Part shown: positions 41,475 through 55,851 of the stretch, piece after piece
Layout: the number at the start of each line of letters is the position of its first letter
Position numbering within the stretch: the stretch's first letter is position 1
Origin: Octopus vulgaris
Taxonomy: Eukaryota
Direction of reading: 5' to 3'
Assembly: GCA_951406725.2 (NCBI GenBank)
Contig: OX597832.1
Location: 55,366,001-55,430,000 of the forward strand
DNA: 64,000 nucleotides
Program-made: the position numbers and the translations under genes
The notes under the pieces: model-generated
Seen by the model: only the letters and a program-made list of their open reading frames with translations
Databases searched by the model: none
What the model was told of the DNA's origin: nothing

Positions 41475-42025
41475 AGACCAGTTTGCTACCGGGAACGACG
41501 TCGTCGCTCGTACTTTCCATGCTCGCTCGCGGGGTTCGTTTCCCACCCCCGCACACCACCTACCTGACCACCTGACTGGCTTTACTTGGGACCAAACAGC
41601 ATCGATAATTGCAGACAGACAACAGATATTTGGTTCACCACCAACAAAGAAACACCGGCCCAGCTGTTGCTCATTGTTGAAAACTGTACTAGTATTTCAG
41701 CATGCAAGACAAATTCAATAACAACAATAACAACACACACACACACACACAAACACGTACACACAAAGACACATACACATAGATGCACACAGAGGCAGAC
41801 AGATAGACAGACAGACAGGCACATATAGAGAGATCTGAACCGCTACCACCCGTCGCCACGCCGCCGCCGCAGTCGCTGCCTCCGCCGTATGCGTCGGCGC
41901 CACCGTACGCGTCGCGGTGCGGCTGACTTTCTTCTGGAATTAGAATAAGAAAAAAAAAAAAAAACGGGTGAATGTATCGAATTACTTGTCTGGGTCTTAT
42001 GCATGGGCGTGTGTGTGCGTGTGTG

Positions 42026-42071
<46 letters not shown>

Positions 42072-42357
42072 TGCGTGCGCGCGAAGTGTTTGAGGCAATT
42101 AGCAGTGGTTGAAAGGAGTTACCTGTCAAAGAATGCTGGATTTTTTTCTACCTATATATCTATATCTATATATCTGTGTGTGTGCATGTGTGTGTGTGTG
42201 CGTGTATATGTGTGCGTGCGTGTCTGTGTATGCGTATGTGTGTATATGTATGTGTGTGTGTATGCATTTGTATGTGTATACATATGAATGCGTTTGTATC
42301 GTGTTTCAAGGTCAGGTATCTTAATTCTGTGTCGTTCACCTGAACATCTGCTGTCAT

Positions 42358-42692
<335 letters not shown>

Positions 42693-43002
42693 AAACGCAC
42701 GCATACACGTAGACATACGTACACATACGCCATATTGCATTGTAATGTAAAGTGCAAAAAAATCGTTTTACTCCTACGGAAAAAAAAAGTATTTTGCTTG
42801 ATGTAAACTTTTTTTTTTATCATTGAATCGTTGGAGAAAACGTGAGACATACACATATGCGATGCGGGCGCATCGTTATAACAGGCACAGGTGTGGCTGT
42901 GTGTTAAGAAGCTTGCTGTTCAACGTCGTAGTTCCTAGTTCAATCCCACTGCGTGGCAATTTCGGCAAGTGTTTTCAGACAGAAACTGAAAAAAAGCCTA
43001 TC

Positions 43003-43029
<27 letters not shown>

Positions 43030-43048
<19 letters not shown>

Positions 43049-43407
43049 GGCAGTTTGTCTGTGTGTGTTTCTGTGTGTCTGTCAGGTTGTACCCTCACCC
43101 TGACCACGGCTTTCAACCGATTCTGATGAAACTTGACACACACATAGCCCAATGTCATAATTCAAAACTAACGCAGCGAAAATTTTGAAAAGTTCCCCCA
43201 GTTCTGAAAAAAATCGATAAATTCGACATGGGGTCGAGAATGAGAAACCCAAACCACAGACCGTCTAGGGGACGCAACTCCACCTGTTTTAACTCTCAAA
43301 AAAAATTTACCATCATTTTTTTTTTTCTATTTTTTGGCTATAACTCTCTAAAAATGCTTTATAGTTATTTCCCTTACAAACCTGAGCAACGCCGGGCGAT
43401 ACTGCTA

Positions 43408-43408
<1 letters not shown>
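43030..43408 (+). mobile_element. Non-autonomous Helitron-like element
   Basis: 3' hairpin cctgagcaacgccggg followed by CTAG|T; 5' end lies in a TA run; the 3' ~65 bp are shared with the 44904 and 50792 copies. Confidence 0.72.
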
Positions 43409-43462
<54 letters not shown>

Positions 43463-43927
43463 CCACACGTACCCATCGATGTTCGTGTGCAGCAAATGTA
43501 CCAAGGACTGCCACTCTAGAATTGGACTGTTCAGTCACAGCAGACGCTGCACATCATCAAAGTAGGCCCCACCCTTGGCGCAACCCATTGTCTATCAAGA
43601 CAGACGGGGAAAGAAGAAGAAATACATAAATATATATACATATATATGTATACATATATATATATATATAAATATATATATATATATCTGTGTGTGTGTG
43701 TGTATTTTTGCGTGTGTGTTTGTCCCTCACCACTGCTTGACAAACGGTGTTAGTGTGTTAACGTCCCCCGTTACCAAGCTGTCCAGCAAAACAGACCGAT
43801 AGAAGTATGAGGCGTTAAAAAATGTCCTGGGGTCGATTTCTTCAACTGAAGATCCAGCATGGCCGCAATCAAATGACAGAAACAGGTAAAAGATAATCTA
43901 TCTTCTCTCTCTCTCTCTCTCTCTCTC

Positions 43928-43975
<48 letters not shown>

Positions 43976-44760
43976 GACGCGCTTCTCTCAGTTTCAGTCT
44001 ACCAAATCCACTCACAAGGCTTTGGTCGGCCCGAGGCTACAGTAGAAGATAGCTGCACAAGGTGCTACGCAGTGGGACTGAACCCACAACCATGTGGCTG
44101 GTAAGCAAGTTACTTCCCGCTCAACCACTGCTGCGCCTATGTATAAAATCTAAAATAGTATCTTATATGATGTCATATAAGATACACGTTCTTCTTTTTC
44201 CAAAAAGCTTTAAAAAAAACACGTTATGTTCTCTATGCGAAGCTGCTTTAAATATTACATGCTTTAATACACAAAATACTTTTGTTGCTCATCATGCGCT
44301 GCTGAAATTAGAATGCGTCGTATATGCGCATGCGCCTTGTATGCCGTCAAACACAGTACAAATGTAGAACGACGCTATCTGTAATATTTTGTACCAGAGA
44401 AACTTCTCATAAGTGACTTATGCATATTAAAAACACAGAGTTCGTTCAGAATGACGTCAGCGGATCGTCAGACGCCAGTGTTTCAATTTGATTTAACCTC
44501 CTCAACAACGAAAATGTCGTCCTGTCATTCAGAGCTGAGATTTCCTGTATAGAAATCTACAAACAACTTTTGAAGATTTGTACAGAAACTGGCCAGGCTT
44601 GACTCATATTAATATACACACTTGAAACAATATCATATTAAAATAACGATTAATATGATATGTAAAATGACGTATGAGTGTGTGTCTGCCTATCTGAATA
44701 TGTATACACACATATATAGATACATACATATACATATGTGTGCGTTTGAGTGTGTGTGCG

Positions 44761-44816
<56 letters not shown>

Positions 44817-44823
44817 AATATAA

Positions 44824-44876
<53 letters not shown>

Positions 44877-44903
44877 TATGTGTGTATACATAAATATTAT
44901 ATA

Positions 44904-45393
44904 CTAGCTGTACCGCCCGGCGTTGCTCGGGTTTGTAAGGGAAATAACTATATAAGCATTTTTAGAGAGTTACTTCCCTTATAGATGCCAATTCGGGCTT
45001 TCTTAGCCATTTCTGTTTTGGTGTCTTCAAGAACGCTGGTCTCCTTGACAACGCTTTACGACGTTGATTTCCTCACACTCCCTTCCCCACAGCTTCACGA
45101 GGGAGGGAAGAAGGGGGAGAAGCAAACAGGTGCAGGTGTGACCATGGACGCCAACTCCGCCACCATCGACACACGAAAAATTATGCATTAAAATGGAATA
45201 AAAAATAATGTTAAATTATATTTAAAATCGTAGACTCATCGTAGACGCGCGCTAATACCCAGACGGGCTCGATATGAATCACGACTATAAGATACCCGAA
45301 TTTGGTTAAACTGCACCGCAAAATGTGGGAGTAGCTAGGAATCTAAATCGTTGGAGACAGACACTCACACAACTACAGTTTTATATATATAGA
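44904..45393 (-). mobile_element. Non-autonomous Helitron
   Basis: Minus strand A|TC...cccgagcaacgccggg...CTAG|T with no TSD; near-identical to 50792-51304. Confidence 0.82.
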
Positions 45394-45938
45394 TATGTAT
45401 GTATATGCATGTTTGTATATACACACACACGCACATATTTACGCACAGATTCACACATACATGGGTTTATTTAAAGGAAGGCCGAAAGAATGTTTGTGTG
45501 TGTGTTGTGTCTGTTGCATGTATGTGTGTGTGTGTGTGTGCGTGTGTGGATCTCTATAGACGAGTGTATATGATAGACGTAGGTAGAGTGCGTGAGAAAG
45601 AGGAGTGGTAAATGAACAAAGTGTTAAAACCAAATGTCGCTAACCATTGTGTCCCATGTAATAAACGATACTTCTTGGTCACCACCTATTTATATCACTT
45701 TTCTTCTTTAACCCTATGACTCGTAAGGCCAGTTACCCGGTTTCCACGGCGTATAAGGTGACCGAGATCGTAGCATTCCCCGCTGAACGGAACGCCGGCC
45801 CATTGTTGGGTTCCCAGGCCAGAAGTTTTCAAAGGACAAATCGATTGCGCCGACCTCAGTGCTCGACTGGTACTTGAATTTTATCAACCTCGGAGTTATG
45901 AAAGACAATGTTGACTTCTGTGGGATTTGAATTCAGGA

Positions 45939-46366
45939 ATCTTTACCTTTTGACCGACATATTAAAAAAATAATCTTTTGTAACTAAACACTTCCAAACT
46001 TCGAACACTGGTAGAATGTGTCATATAAAACATCTTTTACTCTTAGCATTTTTGATAAAAAAACTTATATTTACGAAGTTATTTCACGTTAAAGTAGTCC
46101 TATTTCGGTAATTTCAACCAATCAATGACGTGTATTCAGCTGAATAAAATTACTGCCATTGTTTGTCAACAAGAACTTCCGGCGGTGTATATTTCGTTTG
46201 TCACTGTTATTTATAACAACCCTATCCGTAAAACCTTAACGCTAACCCTAAAACCTTAACCCTAACCCCCAATCCTAACCCTAACCCTAAAACCTTAGAG
46301 CTAAAACCAGTACAAACGCACGAACGATGTCATCAATAACAGTGACAAACGAAAAATACACCGCCG
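45939..46366 (+). mobile_element. CCCTAA-containing MITE subfamily (truncated)
   Basis: atctttaccttttgac terminus; internal degenerate (CCCTAA)n at ~46240-46290. Confidence 0.75.
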
Positions 46367-46530
46367 TACGCAACTGGTACTTATTTTATCGACCCGGTAA
46401 GGACGAAAGGTAAAGTCGACCTCGGTGGAATTTGAACTCAGAACGTATAGACAGACGAAATACCGCTGAGGATTCTACCCCCGGTGTAGTAACAATTCCG
46501 CCTGCTCGCCCTTCTATACACACACACGTA

Positions 46531-46569
<39 letters not shown>

Positions 46570-46751
46570 ACACAAACACACACACACACACGCAAGGTCA
46601 GTCACATTAACACAAACTCTCATTCAACCACATACACACACACACACACACACACGCACACACATATACGCATACACGCACATAAGCACGCACATACACA
46701 CACACACACACACGCAGTCAGTCACATTAACACATAAACTCCCAAACTCTC

Positions 46752-46825
<74 letters not shown>

Positions 46826-47687
46826 ACACACAGAGTCGCAGACAGGTTTGTCAATGGTATTGTTATCAAAGAGATTAACTGCGAGACGCAACGACTGTTT
46901 GATGACACAGTTGGTTGGCGAGTGTTGCACTGTCGCCTTATGAAAGCCGACTCTAACATATATTTTATTATCTTATCTTTTAATCAGTTATAAATTACTT
47001 ACCTACGTGCTGTTTAACGATACCACGATATTAACGATACCACGATATTAACGATACCACGATAAAATGAAAGAGCAGATTTATACATTAACAATTGGAT
47101 GGAGCGCATTGTCAAGCCTTTCTGGTTAAGAATTGAAGTTTGCGAGCTGGCAGAAACGTTAGCACGCCGGGCGAAATGCTTGGCGGTATTTCGTCTGCCG
47201 TTACGTCCTGAGTTCAAATTCCGCCGAGGTCGGCTTTGCCTTTCATCCTTTCGGAGTAGACAAATTAAGTACCAGTTACGTACTGGGGTCGATCTAATCA
47301 ACTGCCCCCCCTCCCACTCAAAATTTCGGGCCTTGGGCCTAGTATAGAAAATATTAGCAATGTAGGAAAGAACTGTTAAAAGATTTCGTGTATTGCAGAA
47401 GTAGATCCGATTTATTGCGGGTCCTTTTTAGCAACTCAATCTTATATGGACACCAAAGGATCATGTGCCCCCCCCCCCGCCACCACCACATCCCGATTGA
47501 GAATCGTTGGTCTTGTCAAACGAATCGATCCCAAGTACTCAATATTTAAAGTCTTGTGCTTATTCTGTCGGACTTTGTGCCGAATCGCTTTGTTATAGGA
47601 ATGTATAGGAGTCAATAGCGATTGTCAAGCGGTGGGGTCAAGCACACACACACACACACACAAACATTATATATGCAAATCGCACAG

Positions 47688-47772
<85 letters not shown>

Positions 47773-47857
47773 GCCAAGCAGTGAGACTGAACCCGGAACA
47801 TTGTAGTTGACAAGCAAGCTTCTTACCACACAACCACGCCTGCGCCTCACTCACACA

Positions 47858-47957
<100 letters not shown>

Positions 47958-47961
47958 GATT

Positions 47962-48024
<63 letters not shown>

Positions 48025-48025
<1 letters not shown>

Positions 48026-48125
48026 TACAATAAGGGGCTTCCAAATAGGAAAGCGTTGTGCTAGAATTTATCCCTTTTTTGTGCTCTAGCACAACGCTTT
48101 CCTATTTGGAAGTCTCTTATTGTAT
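48025..48125. repeat. Inverted repeat (hairpin) with 41-bp arms and a 19-nt loop
   Basis: Arms are complementary at 39 of 41 positions; both differences are G-U wobbles on +. Confidence 0.9.
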
Positions 48126-48595
48126 TTCTATATGAATAATATACAGTCGAATGACTAATTCGTTTTTTGTGCTAGGCCACCCCCTATTTTATTATGTTAT
48201 TATATATATATATATATAAATATATACTCACAAGAGAGAGAGAGAGAGAGAGAGGGAGGTAGGGAGAGAGAGAGAGGGAGGTAGGGAGAAAGAGAAAGAG
48301 AGGCAATTAAGATCGTTTGAGGAGATGAAGATGAGAAGAGCACCGGAGAGGAGTGCAGAGCCAGAAACCAGAATTTAGATGAAATTAAGTTTTGCAGTTT
48401 AACCAAACGGCGCAGATAAGTGTTTGTGTCTATGTGTGTGTGTGTGAGTGTGTGCGTGTGTGCGTACGTGCGTGTGGTCTGTAAGTAATATATACATGTC
48501 AAGTACGCATGTGTGTGGCTTGTAAGAGATATTACGTGTATGTATGTGTGTCTTGTGTGCGTGGTTTGTAGCTAGTATACGCATGTAGTCTGTGA

Positions 48596-48665
<70 letters not shown>

Positions 48666-49409
48666 GGTTCGCCAGAAATATGTGTACTTGAATGGCTTAT
48701 AAGCAGTGCGCTTGCACGCAAAAGTATATATACATATATATATATATATACATGGCCTATATGTGTGTGTGTGTATATACTCGCTGTGAGTATTTTATAA
48801 CGCTTTGTGCAAATGACCTCAATATGTGATAAATCCGACTCCGTCTCTCTTATCAACAGATTAGTGAGTTTAATTGGTTTTGTTGCCGTTTATATTCGTG
48901 TCCTCGTCACAAACCTACTTCAGATTTAGCCTTTCCAAACAACGCTCAACTACCGGCTACACCCATATGCCAGTACATGCCATTCAGGCTGTAGATTGCG
49001 CCCACATTGGGGCACCAACGTTAGGGGTTTTACCCTAACATATTCACTTGCCCTAACATATTCACTTGCCCTAACATATTCACTTCGCAATCACCACGCG
49101 GTCCCACGTTCGATTTTGTGGGGAAAAAGTTTTCTTTTTTCTTTCTTTTCTAATGCTCGGGTCACCCTTAGACTTTACGAAGTGAAACCGTGTTGACGGA
49201 GACTGTAATAGGCGTATGCATCCACGGCCGTGTGGTTGAGAAGCGCCATTTGCAACCATATGGTTTCGGATTTAGTCCCACTGCACGGCACTTTAGGCAA
49301 ATGCCTACTAATGTAGCTCCGCCGGACAGACTGATGACTCAGTGAATGAATTTGGTGTTGAACCCGTTGTAAATATGTCTGCCACTCTTTTCACTTGTTC
49401 TTTTGTTTC

Positions 49410-49555
49410 TATTTTTTCTCTTCTTATCTTTCCTTTCCGTAGAAGAGCATAGGCTCGAAACGATAAAGATTTCTTCCAATTTTCCTCAGCGTCGACCTAA
49501 TATATACTGTTGGTTGTTTTTCTTCTTTCACCACGTCTCGTTTTTTAAACTTCTG
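49410..49555 (+). mobile_element. Penelope-LTR-like short repeat with variant hammerhead motif (diverged copy)
   Basis: cttt-ccgtaga-a-gagc(atag)gctc-gaaacgat-aaag at 49433-49469; aligns with 52755-52935. Confidence 0.55.
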
Positions 49556-49561
49556 TATCAC

Positions 49562-49628
<67 letters not shown>

Positions 49629-50181
49629 CACCTTTTTTCTGTTTGACGCATACTTTACTTATAGATTAACAAGGCAACCAATGGTTCCATGCGAAGAGAT
49701 TTTCACAATTGTCCAAGTATACCAAATGAAATGTTGGTGTCCGTCTCTGTGTGTTTGTGCGTAAATATGCATGCATGTGTATGCGCTTGTTTCCCACTCA
49801 CCATCGCTTGACAACCGGTGTTGCTTTGGTTACATCACCGTACCTTGGCGGTTTGGCAGAATAGAACCTGAGTAAGTAGATATTTATGAAAAAGAAGAAC
49901 GAAAATGCTACTTTTTAAAAATTAGGTACATTTAAATTACTTTATATAAATACATTTAAAAAAAAATTTTATTTTACATGTTTCGGTTGTTTATAAACCT
50001 TGTCAAAAATATGTACTTAAATGAAATACGTAGAGAAAAAAATATTAATAAAATTATTAATAAAACAAACGTTCATAGTGTACTTTTCTTTTTCCTGCAA
50101 GACGTGGTAATTTCCGTTAATTTCCGTGGCATTGCTAGTAGCAACTTCAGCTGCTATCTGTGATGGTAAATTAAGTAGTAA

Positions 50182-50590
50182 GGCGGCGAGCTGGCAGAAA
50201 CGTTAGAAACGCCGGGTGAAATGCTTCGCGGTATTTCGTCTGCCGTTACGTTCTGAGTTCAAATTTCGCCAAGGTCGACTTTGTCTTTCATCCTTTCGGT
50301 GTCGATTAAATAAGTACCAGTTATGTACTGGGGTCGATGTAATCGACTTAATCCGTTTGTCTGTCCTTGTTTTTCCTCTCTGTGTTTAGCCCCATGTGGG
50401 CAGTAAAGAAATAGGTATTTTGTCTGCCGCTACGTTCTGAGTTCAAATTCCGCCGAGGTCGACTTTGCCTTTCATCCTTTCGGGGTCGATTAAATAAGTA
50501 CCAGTTACGCACTGGGGTCGATATAATCGACTTAATCCGTTTGTTTGTCCTCTCTGTGTTTAGCCCCTTGTAGGTAGGAAAGAAATAGGT
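50182..50590 (+). mobile_element. SINE family B dimer
   Basis: Head plus two body units joined at aaataggt|atttt. Confidence 0.85.
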
Positions 50591-50654
50591 AACTTAAGTA
50601 GTGTGGTCAAAACCTTTCAAAAGGATTGGCCGCAGCAGTCAAATAAGCAGCAGC

Positions 50655-50693
<39 letters not shown>

Positions 50694-50791
50694 AGCAGCA
50701 GCAGCAATAATTGTCGTCGTAAAGTTATCTCCCCTGAGGTCTTCACAAAAATGAATTTATTGAACCCCTCATCTTTATTTCTTATGAATAA

Positions 50792-51304
50792 CTAGCAGTA
50801 TCGGCCGGCGTTGCTCGGGTTTGTAAGGGAAATAACTATATAAGCATTTTTAGAGAGTTACTTCCCTTATAGATGCCAATTCGGGCTTTCTTAGCCATTT
50901 CTGTTTTGGTGTCTTCAAGTCATGAAGTCGTTGTTCTAAAAGAACGCTGGTCTCCTTGACAACGCTTTACGACGTTGATTTCCTTACACTCCCTTCCCCA
51001 CAGCTTCACGAGGGAGGGAAGAAGGGGGAGAAGCAAACAGGTGCAGGTGTGACCGTGGACGCCAAATCCGCCGCCATCGACACACGAAAAATTATGCATT
51101 AAAATGGAATAAAAAATGATGTTAAATTATTTTTGAAATCGTAGACTCATCGTTGACGCGCACTAATAGCCAGATGGGCTCGATATGAATCACGACTATA
51201 AGATACCCGAATTTGGTTAAACTGCACCGCAAAATGTGGGAGTAGTTAGGAATCTAAATCGAAGGGGACAGACACTCACACAACTATAGTTTTATATATA
51301 TAGA
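50792..51304 (-). mobile_element. Non-autonomous Helitron
   Basis: A|TC ... hairpin ... CTAG|T on the minus strand; pairs with 44904-45393. Confidence 0.82.
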
Positions 51305-51317
51305 TATACATATAGCT

Positions 51318-51668
51318 TCAGTGTTCCGAGCTTAAAGAATTTAGATTCGGTCGATACTTTCTTACGAAATGCATTTCCTTGGTAATGCGTTCATTTTGGC
51401 TAGCATTGTCTTTGAATTTGTATAATGGAAAAATTGTGATTTGGGGATATTTATTGGATGGACATATGTCTATGTGTTCGCTGATAGATATTTTTCTGAA
51501 TTCCGGAATTCTAATTTGGGATTTGTGCACCGCCATCCTCTGACGTAGGGTGTTTCTTGCGTGTCCAATATATTGTCGTTTGCATCTTGAGCATGTAATT
51601 AAGTAAATGAAATTCTCCGATGCACATGTAAAATTAGTTTTTATGGGAAAATTTTTGGCTTGTTCTAA
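51318..51668 (-). mobile_element. Penelope-like retroelement 3' fragment: GIY-YIG endonuclease domain
   Basis: Open frame EQAKNFPIKTNFTCASENFIYLITCSRCKRQYIGHARNTLRQRMAVHKSQI...SEHID...KEMHFVRKYRPNLN contains IY, CxxC, YIG, R..H, H, E and P.LN, typical of PLE endonucleases. Confidence 0.85.
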
Positions 51669-51725
51669 TCAGTATTCTGAACATTTATTTGATTAATAAT
51701 TATTTTCTCCACATATTTCATCTCT

Positions 51726-51969
51726 TTACTCTTTTGAGCTTTTGCTCTTTTACTTGTTTCAGTCATGTGACTGTGGCCATGCTGGAGCACCGCCTTTAGT
51801 CGAGCAAATCGACCCCAGGACTTATTCTTTGTAAACCTAGTACTTATTCTATAGGTATCTTTTGCCGAACCGCTAAGTTTCGGGGACGTAAACACACCAG
51901 CATCGGTTGTTAAGCGATGTTGGGGGGGGGGGACAAACACAGACACACAAACATATACACACACACATG

Positions 51970-52039
<70 letters not shown>

Positions 52040-52204
52040 TACGACAGACTTCTTTCAGTTTCTGTCCACCAAATCCACCCACAAGGCTTTGGTCGGCCCG
52101 AGGCTATAGTAGAAGTCACTTGCCCAAGGTACCATGCAGTAGGACTGAACCTGGAACCATGTAGTTCGTAAGCAAGCTACTTACCTCACAGCCACTCCTA
52201 CGCC
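51726..52204 (-). mobile_element. Full-length SINE family A
   Basis: Reverse match to the family A reference copy. Confidence 0.88.
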
Positions 52205-52338
52205 TATATCTAAGTACATATTTTTGATAAGCCTTATAAACAACCGAAACATGTAAAACAAAACCATTTTTTAAATGTATCTATATAAAGAAATTTAAAT
52301 GTACCTAATTTTTAAAAAGTAGCATTTTCGTTTTCCTT

Positions 52339-52384
<46 letters not shown>

Positions 52385-52687
52385 CAGTGTACATTTAAAC
52401 ACACGAGGAATCCACTTGTGGGATTCAATACGCTGGAAAGAACAGCTAGGTTCCATAACCACAAAATTAGAGATAAAATTCGACAAGAACGAAATGAAAA
52501 ATAAAAACATTTTACCATCTAGTTTCCTGGACCAATTGGTTTCTGATTTTAGTTTAGCAAGTAAATAACATATACCCGCCTAGATGAAATCGTCCTCATA
52601 AACACTAGGCGATCAAGCTATGTGCCTCTTGTTTATACATCCTAATTTTTTCAAAATCTACTGCATATTTCCCTTTGATATGATTAA

Positions 52688-52754
<67 letters not shown>

Positions 52755-52758
<4 letters not shown>

Positions 52759-52935
52759 ATCGTTAGCCACTACACACATCTTTTTCTCTCCTTGTTTTTT
52801 TCTGTGTCCCTTTCAGTAGAAGAGCGTAGGCCCGAAACGTAAAATACTTTTTTCTATTCCTGAGCGTTATACTAATACATCTGTTTGTTTTGTACACCAC
52901 CTGTCTTCGTCTTTTGTTTTTTTCGTAAACTCTCC
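52755..52935 (+). mobile_element. Penelope-LTR-like short repeat with variant hammerhead motif, embedded in (TA)n
   Basis: Reverse complement of 63114-63300; motif ttt-cagtaga-a-gagc(gtag)gccc-gaaacgta-aaa at 52811-52844. Confidence 0.6.
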
Positions 52936-53725
52936 CTATATATATATATAGGTTATGAGAGGTAATGGTGTCAGTGAGACCCAAAGGTGTCAGGTAATGC
53001 TAAATAAGTGCTATGGATAGACCATAGTTAAGTTCCAGGTTCGGTGATAATGCGAATAAAGGTTTCAACGTTGGTCATATATCAGCGTGTGTACACAAAA
53101 CATTCTTTCCATAATGAGATAAAAAACCAAGGCCGTGTAGATTTTAAAACATTTATAAATAGAAGGTATATATATATAAATATATAAATAGAAGATATAC
53201 ATATATATATATACATTTATATAGGTGTAGTTGTGTGGTACGGAGCTTGCTTCCCAACCACATGGTCCCGGGTTCAGTCCTGAGCAAGTTTCTTTGACTC
53301 AGGCCGGCCAAAGCTATAGTAGAAGACAATTGCTCAAGGTTCCACGCAGTGGGCCTGAACCCGTAATCATGTGGTTGCTAAGCAAGCTACTTACCACACA
53401 ACCACTCCGGCGCCTATTCTTTTATTCTTTTACTTGTTTTAGTCATTTGATGGTGGCCATGCTGCAGCACCACCTTGAAAAGTTTTAGTCGAACAAATCG
53501 ACACGCAAGACCAATTTTTTTAAAAAACCAAATACTTAATCTATCAGGCTATTTGCCGAACCGCTAAGTTACGAGGACGTAAACACACCAGCACAGACAC
53601 AAATACACACACGCACACATACACACACGACGGGTTTTTCAATCTCCGTCCACCAAATCCACTCATAAAGGCTTCGGTGACACTCGAGGTTATAGAAGAT
53701 ACTTGCCCAAGGTAATCACGCAGTG

Positions 53726-53784
<59 letters not shown>

Positions 53785-54017
53785 GTGTGTGAGCATCCTT
53801 ATATCTGTTTTTGTTACACCCACCTCGCCACCGCTGAACAGTGTGGTTACATCCCCGTAATTTAAGCAGTTCGGCAAAAGAGATCGATGAAATAAGTTAC
53901 CAGGACCTGAAAAAAAAAAAGTACTGTGCTCTATACATACGACTGAAAGTTCCTTCAAGGCGGTGCCCCAGCATGACCGCAATCTAATGACGGAAATATG
54001 CCACACACACACACACG

Positions 54018-54051
<34 letters not shown>

Positions 54052-54665
54052 CACACACATATACATATATATATTTACACACATATATGTATATACATAC
54101 ATACATGTATATATATGCATGCATGTATGTATGTATGTATGTATGTATGTATGTATGTATGTATGTATGTATGTATGTATGTATGTATGTATGTATAAAT
54201 ATAACTGAGCGTATATGTGTGTGTGTGTGTATGACCTATTTCCGTTGGCAAACCTCACAGAAAGCTTTGTAGTACTCCACCACCATATCAATTTAAACAC
54301 ACACACACACACACTTATATATATATATGTATATATATGTATATACACATACGTACATAATGAAGGAAAGAGTGAAAGACAGAGAAAGAAAGATGAGAGC
54401 TATGCACACACACACACACACACACACACACGTTCAGCAGTTTGTATTTGATATTTATTTATACATGTTTGTTGTATAAGAAGAGAGAAAGAGAGAGAGG
54501 AAGGAGAGAGAGAAAACATTGAGAAAGGAAGAGTGAGAAAATTAGAGAGCGAATAAGGGAGAGACAGAGAGAGAAAATCGAAAGAGAGAGAGAAAGACAG
54601 AAGGAGAAGGCGTGAGAAAAATAGAGGGAAGGTGAATAACGTGTTCCGTTTTCGTTAGTAAATGC

Positions 54666-54714
<49 letters not shown>

Positions 54715-55099
54715 TGTGTGAGTGTGTGAGTGTGTGAGCCTATGTAAATAATATCCAATTTAGGTTGCCTATGTGTGTGTGCCCGTACGCGTGTGAGCGG
54801 TGTGTCCTATATATTTATATTTATATATACATGTACACACACACACATACACACACACATATATATATGTATATAATATATGTGTGTATTTATATTCATA
54901 GCATACATATTATAACGTTCATATATTTTATTAATTGCGCATGCATGTGTGTGTGTGTGTGAGAGTGTATGTGTGTATATGTCTATATGCCTATATGCCT
55001 ATATGCCTATATATATATATGTGTGTGTGTATGTGTATGGGAGTTTTTGCTTGTATATATATATATATGTATGTGCGTGAGAGTGTATGTATGTATATG

Positions 55100-55136
<37 letters not shown>

Positions 55137-55817
55137 GTGTGTATGTGTATGGGAGTTTTTGCCTGTATATAATATATATATACATATATATATATATATA
55201 CATGTGTGTGTGCGTGTGTACCTGTGTGTGTGTGTGTGTCTGTGTGTGTTGTGTGTGAAGTAACGTACGTACGTAGAAGAACAGAAAATAATAACAACAA
55301 CAACAACAACACCGATCACAGCAAACAGCAACATAAAAGAGAACGAAACGAAACGAACGAAATCAAGAAGAAGACGACGACGAAGCGAAGAGAAGAAAGA
55401 AGAAGAAGAAAGAATATACACACACAATATATACACCTACATATATATATGTATATATACATATGTATGTATGTATATTTAATATGTGTGTATTTTTTTT
55501 TTATATTCGGTAGCGATTGTTGTTAGTTACATGGGGCTTTGTTAATCATAATCACTGGTGTCGCTGTTGTGCCCAACTCTCTTCGACACAACAGCGGCAT
55601 CAGATAGGCATGTCCAACGGCGAACTTTTACATCGACGGCTTTTTATACGCCACCACCACCACACACACCACACACCACCACACACACACACACACACAC
55701 ACCACGCACGACACATACACTCACACACTCACACACACACACACCACATATGCATACATACACATACACACAACATTCCTTCTACGTGTAAATATATATA
55801 TTAACGTATATATGTAC

Positions 55818-55851
<34 letters not shown>

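Noticed and set aside
46240-46290. Interstitial telomere or chromosome fusion site
   Set aside because: A few degenerate CCCTAA units that are an internal part of a multi-copy MITE.
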